A stretch of 64,000 bases of DNA from an uncultured Archaeoglobaceae archaeon. GTDB lineage: Archaea > Halobacteriota > Archaeoglobi > Archaeoglobales > Archaeoglobaceae. The notes under the pieces were generated by a model. The model was not told the DNA's origin. It did no database searches and saw nothing but the letters and a program-made list of their open reading frames with translations. The stretch is from positions 767 to 64,766 of the forward strand of contig CBEUCM010000004.1 in assembly GCA_965541645.1 (NCBI GenBank). Reading direction: 5' to 3'. The position numbers and the translations under genes are program-made. Of the stretch, positions 41,964 through 50,034 are shown piece by piece; the stretch's first letter is position 1; the number at the start of each line of letters is the position of its first letter.

Positions 41964-42396
41964 TGGCATGCGTACAAGCGTCATGGGAGCGGTGTCTGAG
42001 GTTCTGATTCCCACCCTGCCCATGGTGGTCGTCTCCACGCTCATTGCTCTGCTCTTCTTCGTATCGCTTCTGCTCTTCAGAACCATTTTGAGGGGCATGA
42101 ACACGAAGGAGATCAGACGTGCCCTCGCCCTCGCCGTAACCTGTGCCTACATCGGGATCGTTACCATGGCCATCTCCGGACTGATCGATGTGAACGAGAA
42201 AACGCTGGCCATAATAGATGGCCTGAACAAGGCCTTTATGGTCGTCGTCGCCTTCTACTTCGGCACGAGGGTTATTGAGACCGGTCTTGATCGGAAGTAT
42301 GGTGATAGCAAAAAGCACTCGGCAAATGCCGCTAAAGCAACCGCTAAAGCAACTGCTGAAGAACGTCCCCGTAAAGAAGATGAAGCGTCAGGATGA
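41944..42396 (+). CDS. Three-TM membrane protein of unknown function
   Basis: Three hydrophobic helices ending in AFYFGTR, then an Ala/Lys-rich tail. Start uncertain. Confidence 0.6.
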   Translation: MAKCLSSGMRTSVMGAVSEVLIPTLPMVVVSTLIALLFFVSLLLFRTILRGMNTKEIRRALALAVTCAYIGIVTMAISGLIDVNEKTLAIIDGLNKAFMVVVAFYFGTRVIETGLDRKYGDSKKHSANAAKATAKATAEERPRKEDEASG

Positions 42397-43039
42397 TCAC
42401 GGGATGCTGGACTATGTAGATCTTGAGTGAATTTTTTCCGAGCACAACTATGGGTTTGGGCCATAAGTGCGAGTTCATTGGCTGCCGGCTCTTGAGATGG
42501 CTCTCCACATAGTTTCCCACATACATTCCAAGGAGGAAAATGCCAAACCACGGCAGCAGAGGGTAGTAGTCCAAGGTTGCAAAGTTTTTTGGAATTAATC
42601 CAAGCCACACAAGCAGGCTTCCATCTACTCTGATCCTTTGCATGTACACACCTATGGCAAAGGCAGCTATGCCTGCTGGCAGCTGCACCTTGGAGTTGAG
42701 AAACAGCAGCCCAAGTAAGGTTGCCAGCGCAAAAAAGTGCAGAATCCCGAAAACAACGTACTCATCAGGCACGAAGATGTAGGTTACTGCCGTTATTCCT
42801 AATGCAAGAACGGAGAGGCGCAAAACCTTCGTCAGAACCCTTCTTGGATCCGGCTTTACCACTGAAAGTGTAACTCCTGAGATGAATATGAACATTCCCC
42901 CGATGAACCGTGGGAAGTAGTACCAGAACGCTCCAGAAAGATCTATTTTCCCAAAATAATACGCATCAAAAAAAGTGTGAAATACGAGCATCAGAACTAC
43001 TGCTATGCCTCTTGCAAAGTCTATTTCAGGATACCTCAT
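42344..43039 (-). CDS. DUF1624 / HGSNAT-like membrane protein
   Basis: R...IDFARGIAVVLM..FH, FGILH, DYYPLLPWFG, LG.NSL.IY..QHP. Confidence 0.85.
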   Translation of the reverse strand: MRYPEIDFARGIAVVLMLVFHTFFDAYYFGKIDLSGAFWYYFPRFIGGMFIFISGVTLSVVKPDPRRVLTKVLRLSVLALGITAVTYIFVPDEYVVFGILHFFALATLLGLLFLNSKVQLPAGIAAFAIGVYMQRIRVDGSLLVWLGLIPKNFATLDYYPLLPWFGIFLLGMYVGNYVESHLKSRQPMNSHLWPKPIVVLGKNSLKIYIVQHPVIILTLHLLYGDVLQQLL

Positions 43040-43815
43040 CTGAAGTATCTCAGATCCTCATCGCTCTTCCACTGCTGTACTGCCATCTCCTGCATTTCCT
43101 TGATCTGGGCTATGATCTTCTCCATCTCCTTTGCCCTCTCTTCAAGAGCCTCAACGGAAACTTTGAGGTTCAGCATCTTTGACAGCACGTCCAGAACGAC
43201 CTTCGCACTCTTCGGATCGACCATATAGCCAGAAGTCACACCCATAAGGCAGGCAGCTTCTAAGCCCTCAAGCTCCGAAACGCCCAAAAGCAATCCCGAT
43301 GCACCAATTATCCCACCACCGGGCTCTCCAGGTTCAAACTTGACTCCAAAACTTCTGAGCTCTTCCACGAGAGACTCTGAGTTTGCCGCCCCGATCACGT
43401 AAGGTTCTTCCACAAGCTTGCCCACACCGTAGCCACCGAGGGTGTAGATCCTTTTAACGTTAAACCTCTTTGCAATGTCAAGGTAGGCATTTACAAGCTC
43501 AAAGTGCCCCTCGTTGCTTATGCTCTGAAAATCACCGACCAGAATCAGAAGATCGCTGCTCTTACCATCTGACTTCCACGCATAGATCTCGTTTTTTGGC
43601 ATCCTCACCGTACCATCTTCCTGTACCATCACCTGGGGCGGGAAGTAGTGGGAGTAGATCTCCACAACCTTCTCAGCCTTAAGCTCGGTAACAAGGTGGT
43701 CGGCAACGAGCTTGCCAACATGCCCTATCCCCGGCAGACCTTCGATGAGTATCGGCCTCTCCAGCCCCAGATCTTCGGGGTTCTTGAGGTATCGCACATC
43801 AACTTTCTTTAACAT
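43036..43815 (-). CDS. PAC2-family proteasome assembly chaperone
   Basis: [32 protein letters not shown]; typical neighbour of nop10. Confidence 0.9.
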   Translation of the reverse strand: MLKKVDVRYLKNPEDLGLERPILIEGLPGIGHVGKLVADHLVTELKAEKVVEIYSHYFPPQVMVQEDGTVRMPKNEIYAWKSDGKSSDLLILVGDFQSISNEGHFELVNAYLDIAKRFNVKRIYTLGGYGVGKLVEEPYVIGAANSESLVEELRSFGVKFEPGEPGGGIIGASGLLLGVSELEGLEAACLMGVTSGYMVDPKSAKVVLDVLSKMLNLKVSVEALEERAKEMEKIIAQIKEMQEMAVQQWKSDEDLRYFR

Positions 43816-43999
43816 CTGTCCACCTCCTGAAAGCGAAAAATCCCAACTCCTTTCTCAGCTTTCGCCTGTACTTCCCGTAGGGATCTTCTATTGAGAATCT
43901 TGGCGGTATCGGCATGAAGGTTTTTGATCCACATACCGGGCAGACCTCTTTTAAAGTGTACCGTCCGCACTTTCCGCACTTCCTCATTATAACCTTCAT
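43799..43999 (-). CDS. nop10: H/ACA RNP protein Nop10
   Basis: [34 protein letters not shown]. Confidence 0.95.
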   Translation of the reverse strand: MKVIMRKCGKCGRYTLKEVCPVCGSKTFMPIPPRFSIEDPYGKYRRKLRKELGFFAFRRWTDVKES

Positions 44000-44799
44000 G
44001 CAGCCTCTCTTACAAAGTTTCCTTCCCCACCGAGCTTCTTGATCGTTTTAAGAACTCTTTCAGTTGCCTTTTTCAGAACGCTTTCGGCAATCTTGTAGTC
44101 CTCAGCCTCAACAACGATTCTGTACCTCGGTGCACCGAGGTACTCTATTTTCATCTCCACGCCATCCTTTGCAACCTTTTTAGCTTCGGCAAGGGCCTTC
44201 TTTATCCTCTCTATCCCGTCGGAAGCCATGCTTTTCAGCTCGAAGTACCCTCTCACCTTCACTCTCTTTGGCTTGATGTTCTCCCTTGCAAGCTCCGCCA
44301 TCTCCTTTGCAAACTCCTCACCAACCAAAGGTACAAGCACCTCATAGCCCTCGTAGGCAGCATCCTCAAAGGCTGAATATACGGAGTCGTACTCCTTGAG
44401 CAACTTCTTTCCGATTTTCTCAAGCTCATTCATGCTGACGTTCAGCTTTTCACCGATGATTTCCAGCCACTTAAAGGCCCTCATCTCGTTCTTCCACTGC
44501 TGCAGCTTCTCCCTCCTCTGCCTTTCGTTCACGTCTTTAATCGAGAGGTCGATGTGCCCCCTCTTCGGGTTTATGTCCAGAACCTTGCAGATCACCTTCT
44601 GCCCCTTCTTGACGTGCTCTCTGATGTCCTTAATCCATCCCGATGCAACCTCGCTGATGTGGACCATCCCCTCCCTGCCCTCGTACTCGTCAAGCGAAAC
44701 AAAGGCTCCAAAATCCAGCACCCTTTTCACAGTCCCAATGACTATTTCACCTTTTGAAGGATAACCATCCCTCTTTACAATAAGCCTCTTTTCTTTCAT
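43996..44799 (-). CDS. Translation initiation factor aIF2 alpha
   Basis: S1 domain [27 protein letters not shown]-like motif, YLGAPRY. Confidence 0.96.
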   Translation of the reverse strand: MKEKRLIVKRDGYPSKGEIVIGTVKRVLDFGAFVSLDEYEGREGMVHISEVASGWIKDIREHVKKGQKVICKVLDINPKRGHIDLSIKDVNERQRREKLQQWKNEMRAFKWLEIIGEKLNVSMNELEKIGKKLLKEYDSVYSAFEDAAYEGYEVLVPLVGEEFAKEMAELARENIKPKRVKVRGYFELKSMASDGIERIKKALAEAKKVAKDGVEMKIEYLGAPRYRIVVEAEDYKIAESVLKKATERVLKTIKKLGGEGNFVREAA

Positions 44800-44824
44800 C
44801 CTCCCAATCTCCCCTTCTTTGAAT

Positions 44825-45541
44825 TTAAAAGTTGCCTAAGCTCTGCAACCTTAAGTCTGAGGCTGGAAAAACAGGACCGTCGGTGCAAACCCTAAGCCCG
44901 TTTTCAAGCACGCACGATCCACACACACCGATCCCGCATCTCATGTACTTCTCAAGGGAGAATTCTACCTTGTGGAGCACTTCAGCCTTCTTGAAATGCT
45001 TGTATAGGGATGCGAGCATCTCCATCCTTCCGCAGGCATAGATTTTTGAATATCCATCCAGATCCTCCTTTTTCAGTGCATCCAGCACCGTGCCTTTGAT
45101 GCCCGCACTGCCATCCTCTGTAGTTATTACCGCATCCTCAAACTCTTCCATCCATATTATCTCCTTCGAAGATTTTTCACCGTATATCACTCTGACTCTG
45201 CCCCCACATCTCTTGAGGTAGTCATGAAGGTACTTGAGCGGTGCTATGCCTATTCCACCTGCAATCAGCAGTGCGTTATCTGTGAGGCTGAAAGCTGAAC
45301 CGAAAGCACCTCTAATTCCCACAACACTTCCTGGTTTTATCTCAACAAGGGCTTTAGTTGTCTCTCCCACAGCCCTTACCGTGACTGAACTTGGTGAGGA
45401 AAGGCTCAAGGGGACCTCCTCGAATCCCGGAAGATACAGCATTATGAACTGTCCTGGAAAAGAGGTGATTTTTATGCTGAAATGCAATGTGGAGGTTTTC
45501 TCGTTGTGTCTCTCTACCTCTGTAACCTTTGCAGAGTACAT
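44825..45541 (-). CDS. pyrK: Dihydroorotate dehydrogenase electron transfer subunit
   Basis: PGQF.M, E.PLSLS, IAGGIGIAPL, M.CGIGVCGSC, VC.DGPVF. Confidence 0.88.
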   Translation of the reverse strand: MYSAKVTEVERHNEKTSTLHFSIKITSFPGQFIMLYLPGFEEVPLSLSSPSSVTVRAVGETTKALVEIKPGSVVGIRGAFGSAFSLTDNALLIAGGIGIAPLKYLHDYLKRCGGRVRVIYGEKSSKEIIWMEEFEDAVITTEDGSAGIKGTVLDALKKEDLDGYSKIYACGRMEMLASLYKHFKKAEVLHKVEFSLEKYMRCGIGVCGSCVLENGLRVCTDGPVFPASDLRLQSLGNF

Positions 45542-45632
45542 GCAAAAACTGTCCTTTGCAGGTTATTAGAGTTTATGTGCATGAGAACTACAGGATTCAC
45601 CGGCTATAGTTGTTATAATAGTAATTAGATAT

Positions 45633-45714
45633 TTCTTGTGCATGATTATAATTACTATAATGTAATCATTATAATTGTCGTAAAATTTAAATATCCAATA
45701 ATCGTCATTACAAT
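45633..45714. promoter_or_regulatory. Array of ATTATAAT-like boxes around a TATA box
   Basis: ATTATAAT at 45645 and 45668, ATTACAAT at 45707; TTTAAATA at 45686-45693; SD GGAGGTGG at 45716-45723. Confidence 0.5.
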
Positions 45715-45728
45715 TGGAGGTGGTGTCG

Positions 45729-45794
45729 ATGGAGAGGAAGGATAGGAAGGAAGTGGAAGAGACCTTCAAGAGAATCAGACTGTACTTCGGTTGA
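45729..45794 (+). CDS. 21-aa peptide ORF (not in the ORF track)
   Basis: MERKDRKEVEETFKRIRLYFG. Strong SD 5 nt upstream; its TGA overlaps the TTG start of the UbiA gene (TTGA). Confidence 0.55.
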   Translation: MERKDRKEVEETFKRIRLYFG

Positions 45795-46720
45795 AGTTTA
45801 AGATGCAGGATAGTAGAGTACATATCGTTTATAAGCTTCTAAAGTTGGGAGCAACCCCAACAACTCTTGTTTATCCCATACCTTTGATCCCTATTTTTGC
45901 GTGGTTGCTTGCATCGGCTTCTGTCCTTGATCTGTTTGTGGTGGTGGCCTTTGTATCGCTATTTTACAATGCGATAAATCTCTGGAACCACCTAAACGAT
46001 CTTGAGGAAGACCTCGCAGCGGGGAAGAGTGGCTCACAAGTCCTCGTTCAAGTTAGGGATAAGGTAAAAACACTGGTTATTATTTTATATTTGGTTTGTT
46101 TTTTTATTGTGTTGATACAGTCCAAGACACAGTCTGCTGCATTACTGTATGTTGTTGTTGCAGCTGTTACATGGTTATACTCCGACAAAATTTATTTTAA
46201 AAGAATTTCCGGTTTCAGACTTAAGGAGAAATATCAGTGGGAGCTTCTGACATACATTGTTGTACCACCTGCTTTTTTCGCGCTGATCTGGGCTTTGATA
46301 TCGGTTTTCTCGTACAGGGCAATGGCTTTTGTGTCTGTGTCATCGATTTACTATCTCTCTGGAGCGTTGTTGAAAGATCTGAAAGACATAAGTAGTGATA
46401 TGGAGGCAGGGTATGCAACTCTCGCCGTTGTATTCGATCCGCAAATTCTATTTAAGACCTCGTTGCTTCTTAATTTTCTTAACCATGCGCTGATAGTATT
46501 TTTTTCGATGGCTTATTTGCCTATTGGTTGTATTTTTGGATCTCTTACGTTTTTTGTACTGCTCAAGGTTCTACTCGACATGCGTAGATACGGATGGAGA
46601 TTGGGTTCCGAGGTTTACAATACTTTGAAACTGTATCCCTTAGTGTATCCCACATCTTATTTGTTGATGGTCCTCGGAGTGGTGTTTACTCAAGCCTTAG
46701 ACTTACAAGGGTTCTGGTGA
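45791..46720 (+). CDS. UbiA-family membrane prenyltransferase
   Basis: NHLNDLEED, YS...FRLK and KDLKDISSDMEAGYATL motifs with many TM helices. Confidence 0.9.
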   Translation: MKFKMQDSRVHIVYKLLKLGATPTTLVYPIPLIPIFAWLLASASVLDLFVVVAFVSLFYNAINLWNHLNDLEEDLAAGKSGSQVLVQVRDKVKTLVIILYLVCFFIVLIQSKTQSAALLYVVVAAVTWLYSDKIYFKRISGFRLKEKYQWELLTYIVVPPAFFALIWALISVFSYRAMAFVSVSSIYYLSGALLKDLKDISSDMEAGYATLAVVFDPQILFKTSLLLNFLNHALIVFFSMAYLPIGCIFGSLTFFVLLKVLLDMRRYGWRLGSEVYNTLKLYPLVYPTSYLLMVLGVVFTQALDLQGFW

Positions 46721-47966
46721 GGTTAACACAAATGTTCTTTTCGATCTCGCTCAAATACTTCCTCCTAAGGTTTTTTGATGTGTAGGAAGGGTATGAAGTT
46801 ATTATACTGTAAACGTTCTTTTTGGCGGTTAAAAGCTTGTGTATCCTTTCTGCGTACATCAATATGAAGTTCTGGTCTATCGCGGTTAAGTTGTCAGAAA
46901 CTCTCTCAAACTCATCCTTTAAATATTCTATACCCCCTCTTACGATCTCCCCCACGTACAGGGATTCTGGTGAGAATGTATCGAGTTCGAAAAGCGATGG
47001 GTATATTTCTATTGGATACTCCAGCAAACCTAAAGATGCGCCGCCGAAAGTTTCCGTACTTATAAAATATAGTGCATAGGGTGTTGCTGCGGAAAACTTA
47101 CCGTCTTGAAGATCCTGTGAGATGTCATGCCGTTTGGTGAACAACTTTACAGATTCCAAAAACTCGCTTAGTTTCAAGCCGTTGATATGACCAACAGCGA
47201 TCCCTTTCTTTTCCACAAATACCTCTTCTCCTATTGCAAACTCTTTTTTTATAATCTCCTTTGTTTCTTGGATACTTTCTCCTCTTTCAGGCAGCGTGTC
47301 TGTGAAGTCACTTTTCATATCGTTCTGAAAACTTATAACCGTGACCCCACGACCAATCTTCTTACCATTTACAGCAATAACAGGCAGACCATATTTCATC
47401 TTAATCGGAAAAATGTTGAAGGAAATAGCACCGACACCAGCGTCTCTGAATGGTCTGAGCATCCTGTTAATTGGGTATATCAATTCATTCTGGTAGATTT
47501 CTGAAGCTTTTTCAAGCACGCGGTAGGGGTCGGACTTGTAATTGGAGTATAGCCGTTTTAGTTTCAAAATAATTTTAATAGCTTGCAATCTGCTTTTAGG
47601 ATATAGCAGTGGGTATATCAGCATGTTAAATTTACCCTTCTTCATCCTATTCATCTTGCCAACAACTTCGTCTGGAGTACCTTTGAGCACGTGCAGTGTG
47701 TACTCGGTATCTATCAGCAGCAGCAAGCACCCCCTCGTCCAGACAGACTCGGGGGTCATGTACCCCTCAACAGGCATACAGACGGAGTTGCACTCAACGA
47801 GCTTTGAAAAGTCGCCGAAGTTGTTTATCAGGCTATCCGTCAAAAAGAATATTGCCAGGTTTGGTTTGAAGTCAATTTCCTGTATCTTCTTTTTGAGGTC
47901 CTGTATAGCCTCCTTGGCTTTTGGATATGGCGTATAAACGAACCTATACATGTTTTTGAAACTCAC
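46686..47966 (-). CDS. Uncharacterised 426-aa protein, weak FIST-domain-like N-terminus
   Basis: Long ORF coupled to the upstream gene; KPNLAIFF...PVEGYMT...GCLLLLI recalls FIST_N. Family call is tentative. Confidence 0.5.
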   Translation of the reverse strand: MSFKNMYRFVYTPYPKAKEAIQDLKKKIQEIDFKPNLAIFFLTDSLINNFGDFSKLVECNSVCMPVEGYMTPESVWTRGCLLLLIDTEYTLHVLKGTPDEVVGKMNRMKKGKFNMLIYPLLYPKSRLQAIKIILKLKRLYSNYKSDPYRVLEKASEIYQNELIYPINRMLRPFRDAGVGAISFNIFPIKMKYGLPVIAVNGKKIGRGVTVISFQNDMKSDFTDTLPERGESIQETKEIIKKEFAIGEEVFVEKKGIAVGHINGLKLSEFLESVKLFTKRHDISQDLQDGKFSAATPYALYFISTETFGGASLGLLEYPIEIYPSLFELDTFSPESLYVGEIVRGGIEYLKDEFERVSDNLTAIDQNFILMYAERIHKLLTAKKNVYSIITSYPSYTSKNLRRKYLSEIEKNICVNLTRTLVSLRLE

Positions 47967-48288
47967 TTTTTACCGATTCAAGGTCGGTCCTCAACTTGAA
48001 AAGGGATACGTCTTCGTGAGCAAGCACACACAGAATGAGTGTTTTGGATAGGGGATGCAGGATTAGGTGCGAGTTCTGAAGCTGAAACTCAGCCTTTTTG
48101 AAATACCCCATGAAAATGTAGTTTATCAGCACTTCTACCTGGTTCTCAAGCCAGTCTATCACCGATATTATTTTTCGATCCTTGAAGTGGACATAGATAG
48201 GTACACCGTCAACTCGGTATATCCCTGCAAAGAGTACCCCGTCATCGTAAATGAGGGGTTTTAGAATTTCCTCAATCAGCTCCTTCAT
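47944..48288 (-). CDS. Roadblock/LC7-like protein
   Basis: 114 aa; helix-GVLFAGIYRVDGVPI...LILCVLA...LFKLR.DL pattern. Confidence 0.65.
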   Translation of the reverse strand: MKELIEEILKPLIYDDGVLFAGIYRVDGVPIYVHFKDRKIISVIDWLENQVEVLINYIFMGYFKKAEFQLQNSHLILHPLSKTLILCVLAHEDVSLFKLRTDLESVKSEFQKHV

Positions 48289-49073
48289 ACCACTCTCCTT
48301 TTGATTTTCTCTACGTCTTCAGGCGTTATGCAACCCTTCTCGGCCAGCTCCGTCAACTCTTTTTTTGCAAGCTCCGAGAGATTTATCCCGTTGAGGTCGG
48401 GTGTGAACCCTTCTCCCCTTTTTTCCTCTATAACAATACCAACTCCTTCGACAATTCTATATGGGTACACACCATCAGCGTGCCTCGACATTCTGTGCTT
48501 GACAATTCTTAACGTTCTGCTGTACAGCTCTCCAACACCCACATTTTTCAGCTGTATAACGGAGTCAGCAAGGAAAAGCGATATGTTTGACAGCGCACTG
48601 GGCTCACCAATGAATGGCTCTTCGAGTGTTACAAGTGCTGTACCGTACTCTCGTAGAGTCTTGAAAAAGAATCCTACAGATGATCTTGAGCTGTAGTCGG
48701 CAGAAGCAATAAGCGGAGAGAAGGAATCGATAACTATTCTCAAATCTTTACCCCTCACAAATTTGATCAGGTCGCTATCCAAAAATGAGGCATCCTTAAC
48801 GTAAAACTGCCCGATTTTCAGCTGCCCGGTTCTGACGTATTTTTCAAGATCCCAGCCCATCGACTCAGCAATTCTGATAAACTCCTCTTCGGTAAGATCT
48901 ATTGACACATACACTCCCCTTTCACCAGCTTCCAGTCCTTCGAGAAGGTACTGTATTGAGAATATCGTCTTTCCGCATCCCGTTGTGCCAATTAGTGCAT
49001 TAACTGTGTTTTTGACAAATCCCCCGTACAGTAGTTCGTCCAGTCCGAAGACGCCGCTCTGTATTCTTGTCAT
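48285..49073 (-). CDS. KaiC/RAD55-like ATPase
   Basis: IQSGVFGLDELL.GG, intact Walker A GTTGCGKT, VIDS, LADSVI.L, IVKHR.S.H. ATG 49073 preferred over 49097. Confidence 0.9.
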   Translation of the reverse strand: MTRIQSGVFGLDELLYGGFVKNTVNALIGTTGCGKTIFSIQYLLEGLEAGERGVYVSIDLTEEEFIRIAESMGWDLEKYVRTGQLKIGQFYVKDASFLDSDLIKFVRGKDLRIVIDSFSPLIASADYSSRSSVGFFFKTLREYGTALVTLEEPFIGEPSALSNISLFLADSVIQLKNVGVGELYSRTLRIVKHRMSRHADGVYPYRIVEGVGIVIEEKRGEGFTPDLNGINLSELAKKELTELAEKGCITPEDVEKIKRRVV

Positions 49074-49281
49074 GATTATAATTTGATTGCTTATCATTAT
49101 TATAGTTTTTTGTTCTGGGTCTTATATCCTCAGAAATCAGTTTTATCGCTTTTTTTGAGTTATTCGATGGGTAGGAGGGGTTCGTCACAAAAATTGACTT
49201 TTTTGGGTGAAAATCTTGCACTCACTTTTTTGACGATTCGTAGGAAAACTTTTAAATATTGCTGTGTTTTAGCATTCCACA

Positions 49282-49488
49282 ATGATGGCCGATCTTCCTG
49301 ACAATCTGAGAAGAACCGTGCTTGTCCTCCTGAGGCTCGGAGAGGCAACGGCAGAAGATGTTGCCCGCCATTCTGGTAGGGGTAGATCGACGGAGAGCTA
49401 CTATCTTAACCTGCTGGCAAAGATGAATATCGTCAAGAAGAAAAAGATGGGACGTAAAATATATTTTTCAATTAATGTTGATGAGTAA
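49282..49488 (+). CDS. Stand-alone winged-helix protein (TrmB/ArsR-like, 68 aa)
   Basis: L..T..VLL.LGEATAEDVA..SGR.RSTES.YLN.L..M.IV.KKK.GRKIYF. Confidence 0.8.
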   Translation: MMADLPDNLRRTVLVLLRLGEATAEDVARHSGRGRSTESYYLNLLAKMNIVKKKKMGRKIYFSINVDE

Positions 49489-50034
49489 ATTATCTAATTT
49501 AGATTTTTATATTTTATTTTTAAATTTAAGTTTTTTTCTGACTATAGTATATTGTATCATAGACTTTTACTTGAACCATATATTTATTTGCCCAATATTT
49601 TTATTCCAAATTACCTGAAATAAATCTTTTTCGGTCTGCCGAAAATCGTCGAATTCGGTGGCTCGGTTGTTACAAAAATTATGTGAATATGGTCAATGTT
49701 GCGTGTTTAAGGGGGGGTAAATGCAAAAATATGTTGGGTTGTTGCATCAAACCCGTTTTGGCTGTGGAGTTGTTACATCTTTTATGGAATAAATTGTTTT
49801 GGCTATTTTAATAACAAAGTATTGTTTAATTTAATTTTAATCTATATTTTTAAATTTTGATTTTTAATTCCATTTAATTTAAGTAAATTTTAGAATCAAT
49901 TATGTTGTAATCGATATTATTTTTATATCTTTAATAATATATCAACTGTAAATTTTATATACAGTTATTTTACTAAAAGTCGTATAATTGTTTGTTTAAG
50001 AAACCCTTATTAATCGGTAAAACCAGTTATTGGT
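49489..50034. other. Long AT-rich non-coding tract with short repeats
   Basis: About 545 bp with no credible ORF; two very AT-rich flanks around a core with RGTTGTTRCA x3 and a G7 run. Confidence 0.7.

Noticed and set aside
45566-45823. 85-aa minus-strand ORF (its last 25 codons start at ATG 45643)
   Set aside because: Low-complexity I/Y/N translation of AT-rich promoter DNA with no SD; conflicts with the better-signalled plus-strand peptide. The 25-aa sub-ORF cannot be fully excluded.
49665-49777. Triple 10-bp repeat as a CRISPR remnant
   Set aside because: Repeats are too short, spacing is irregular (72 and 31 bp) and no cas genes are present.
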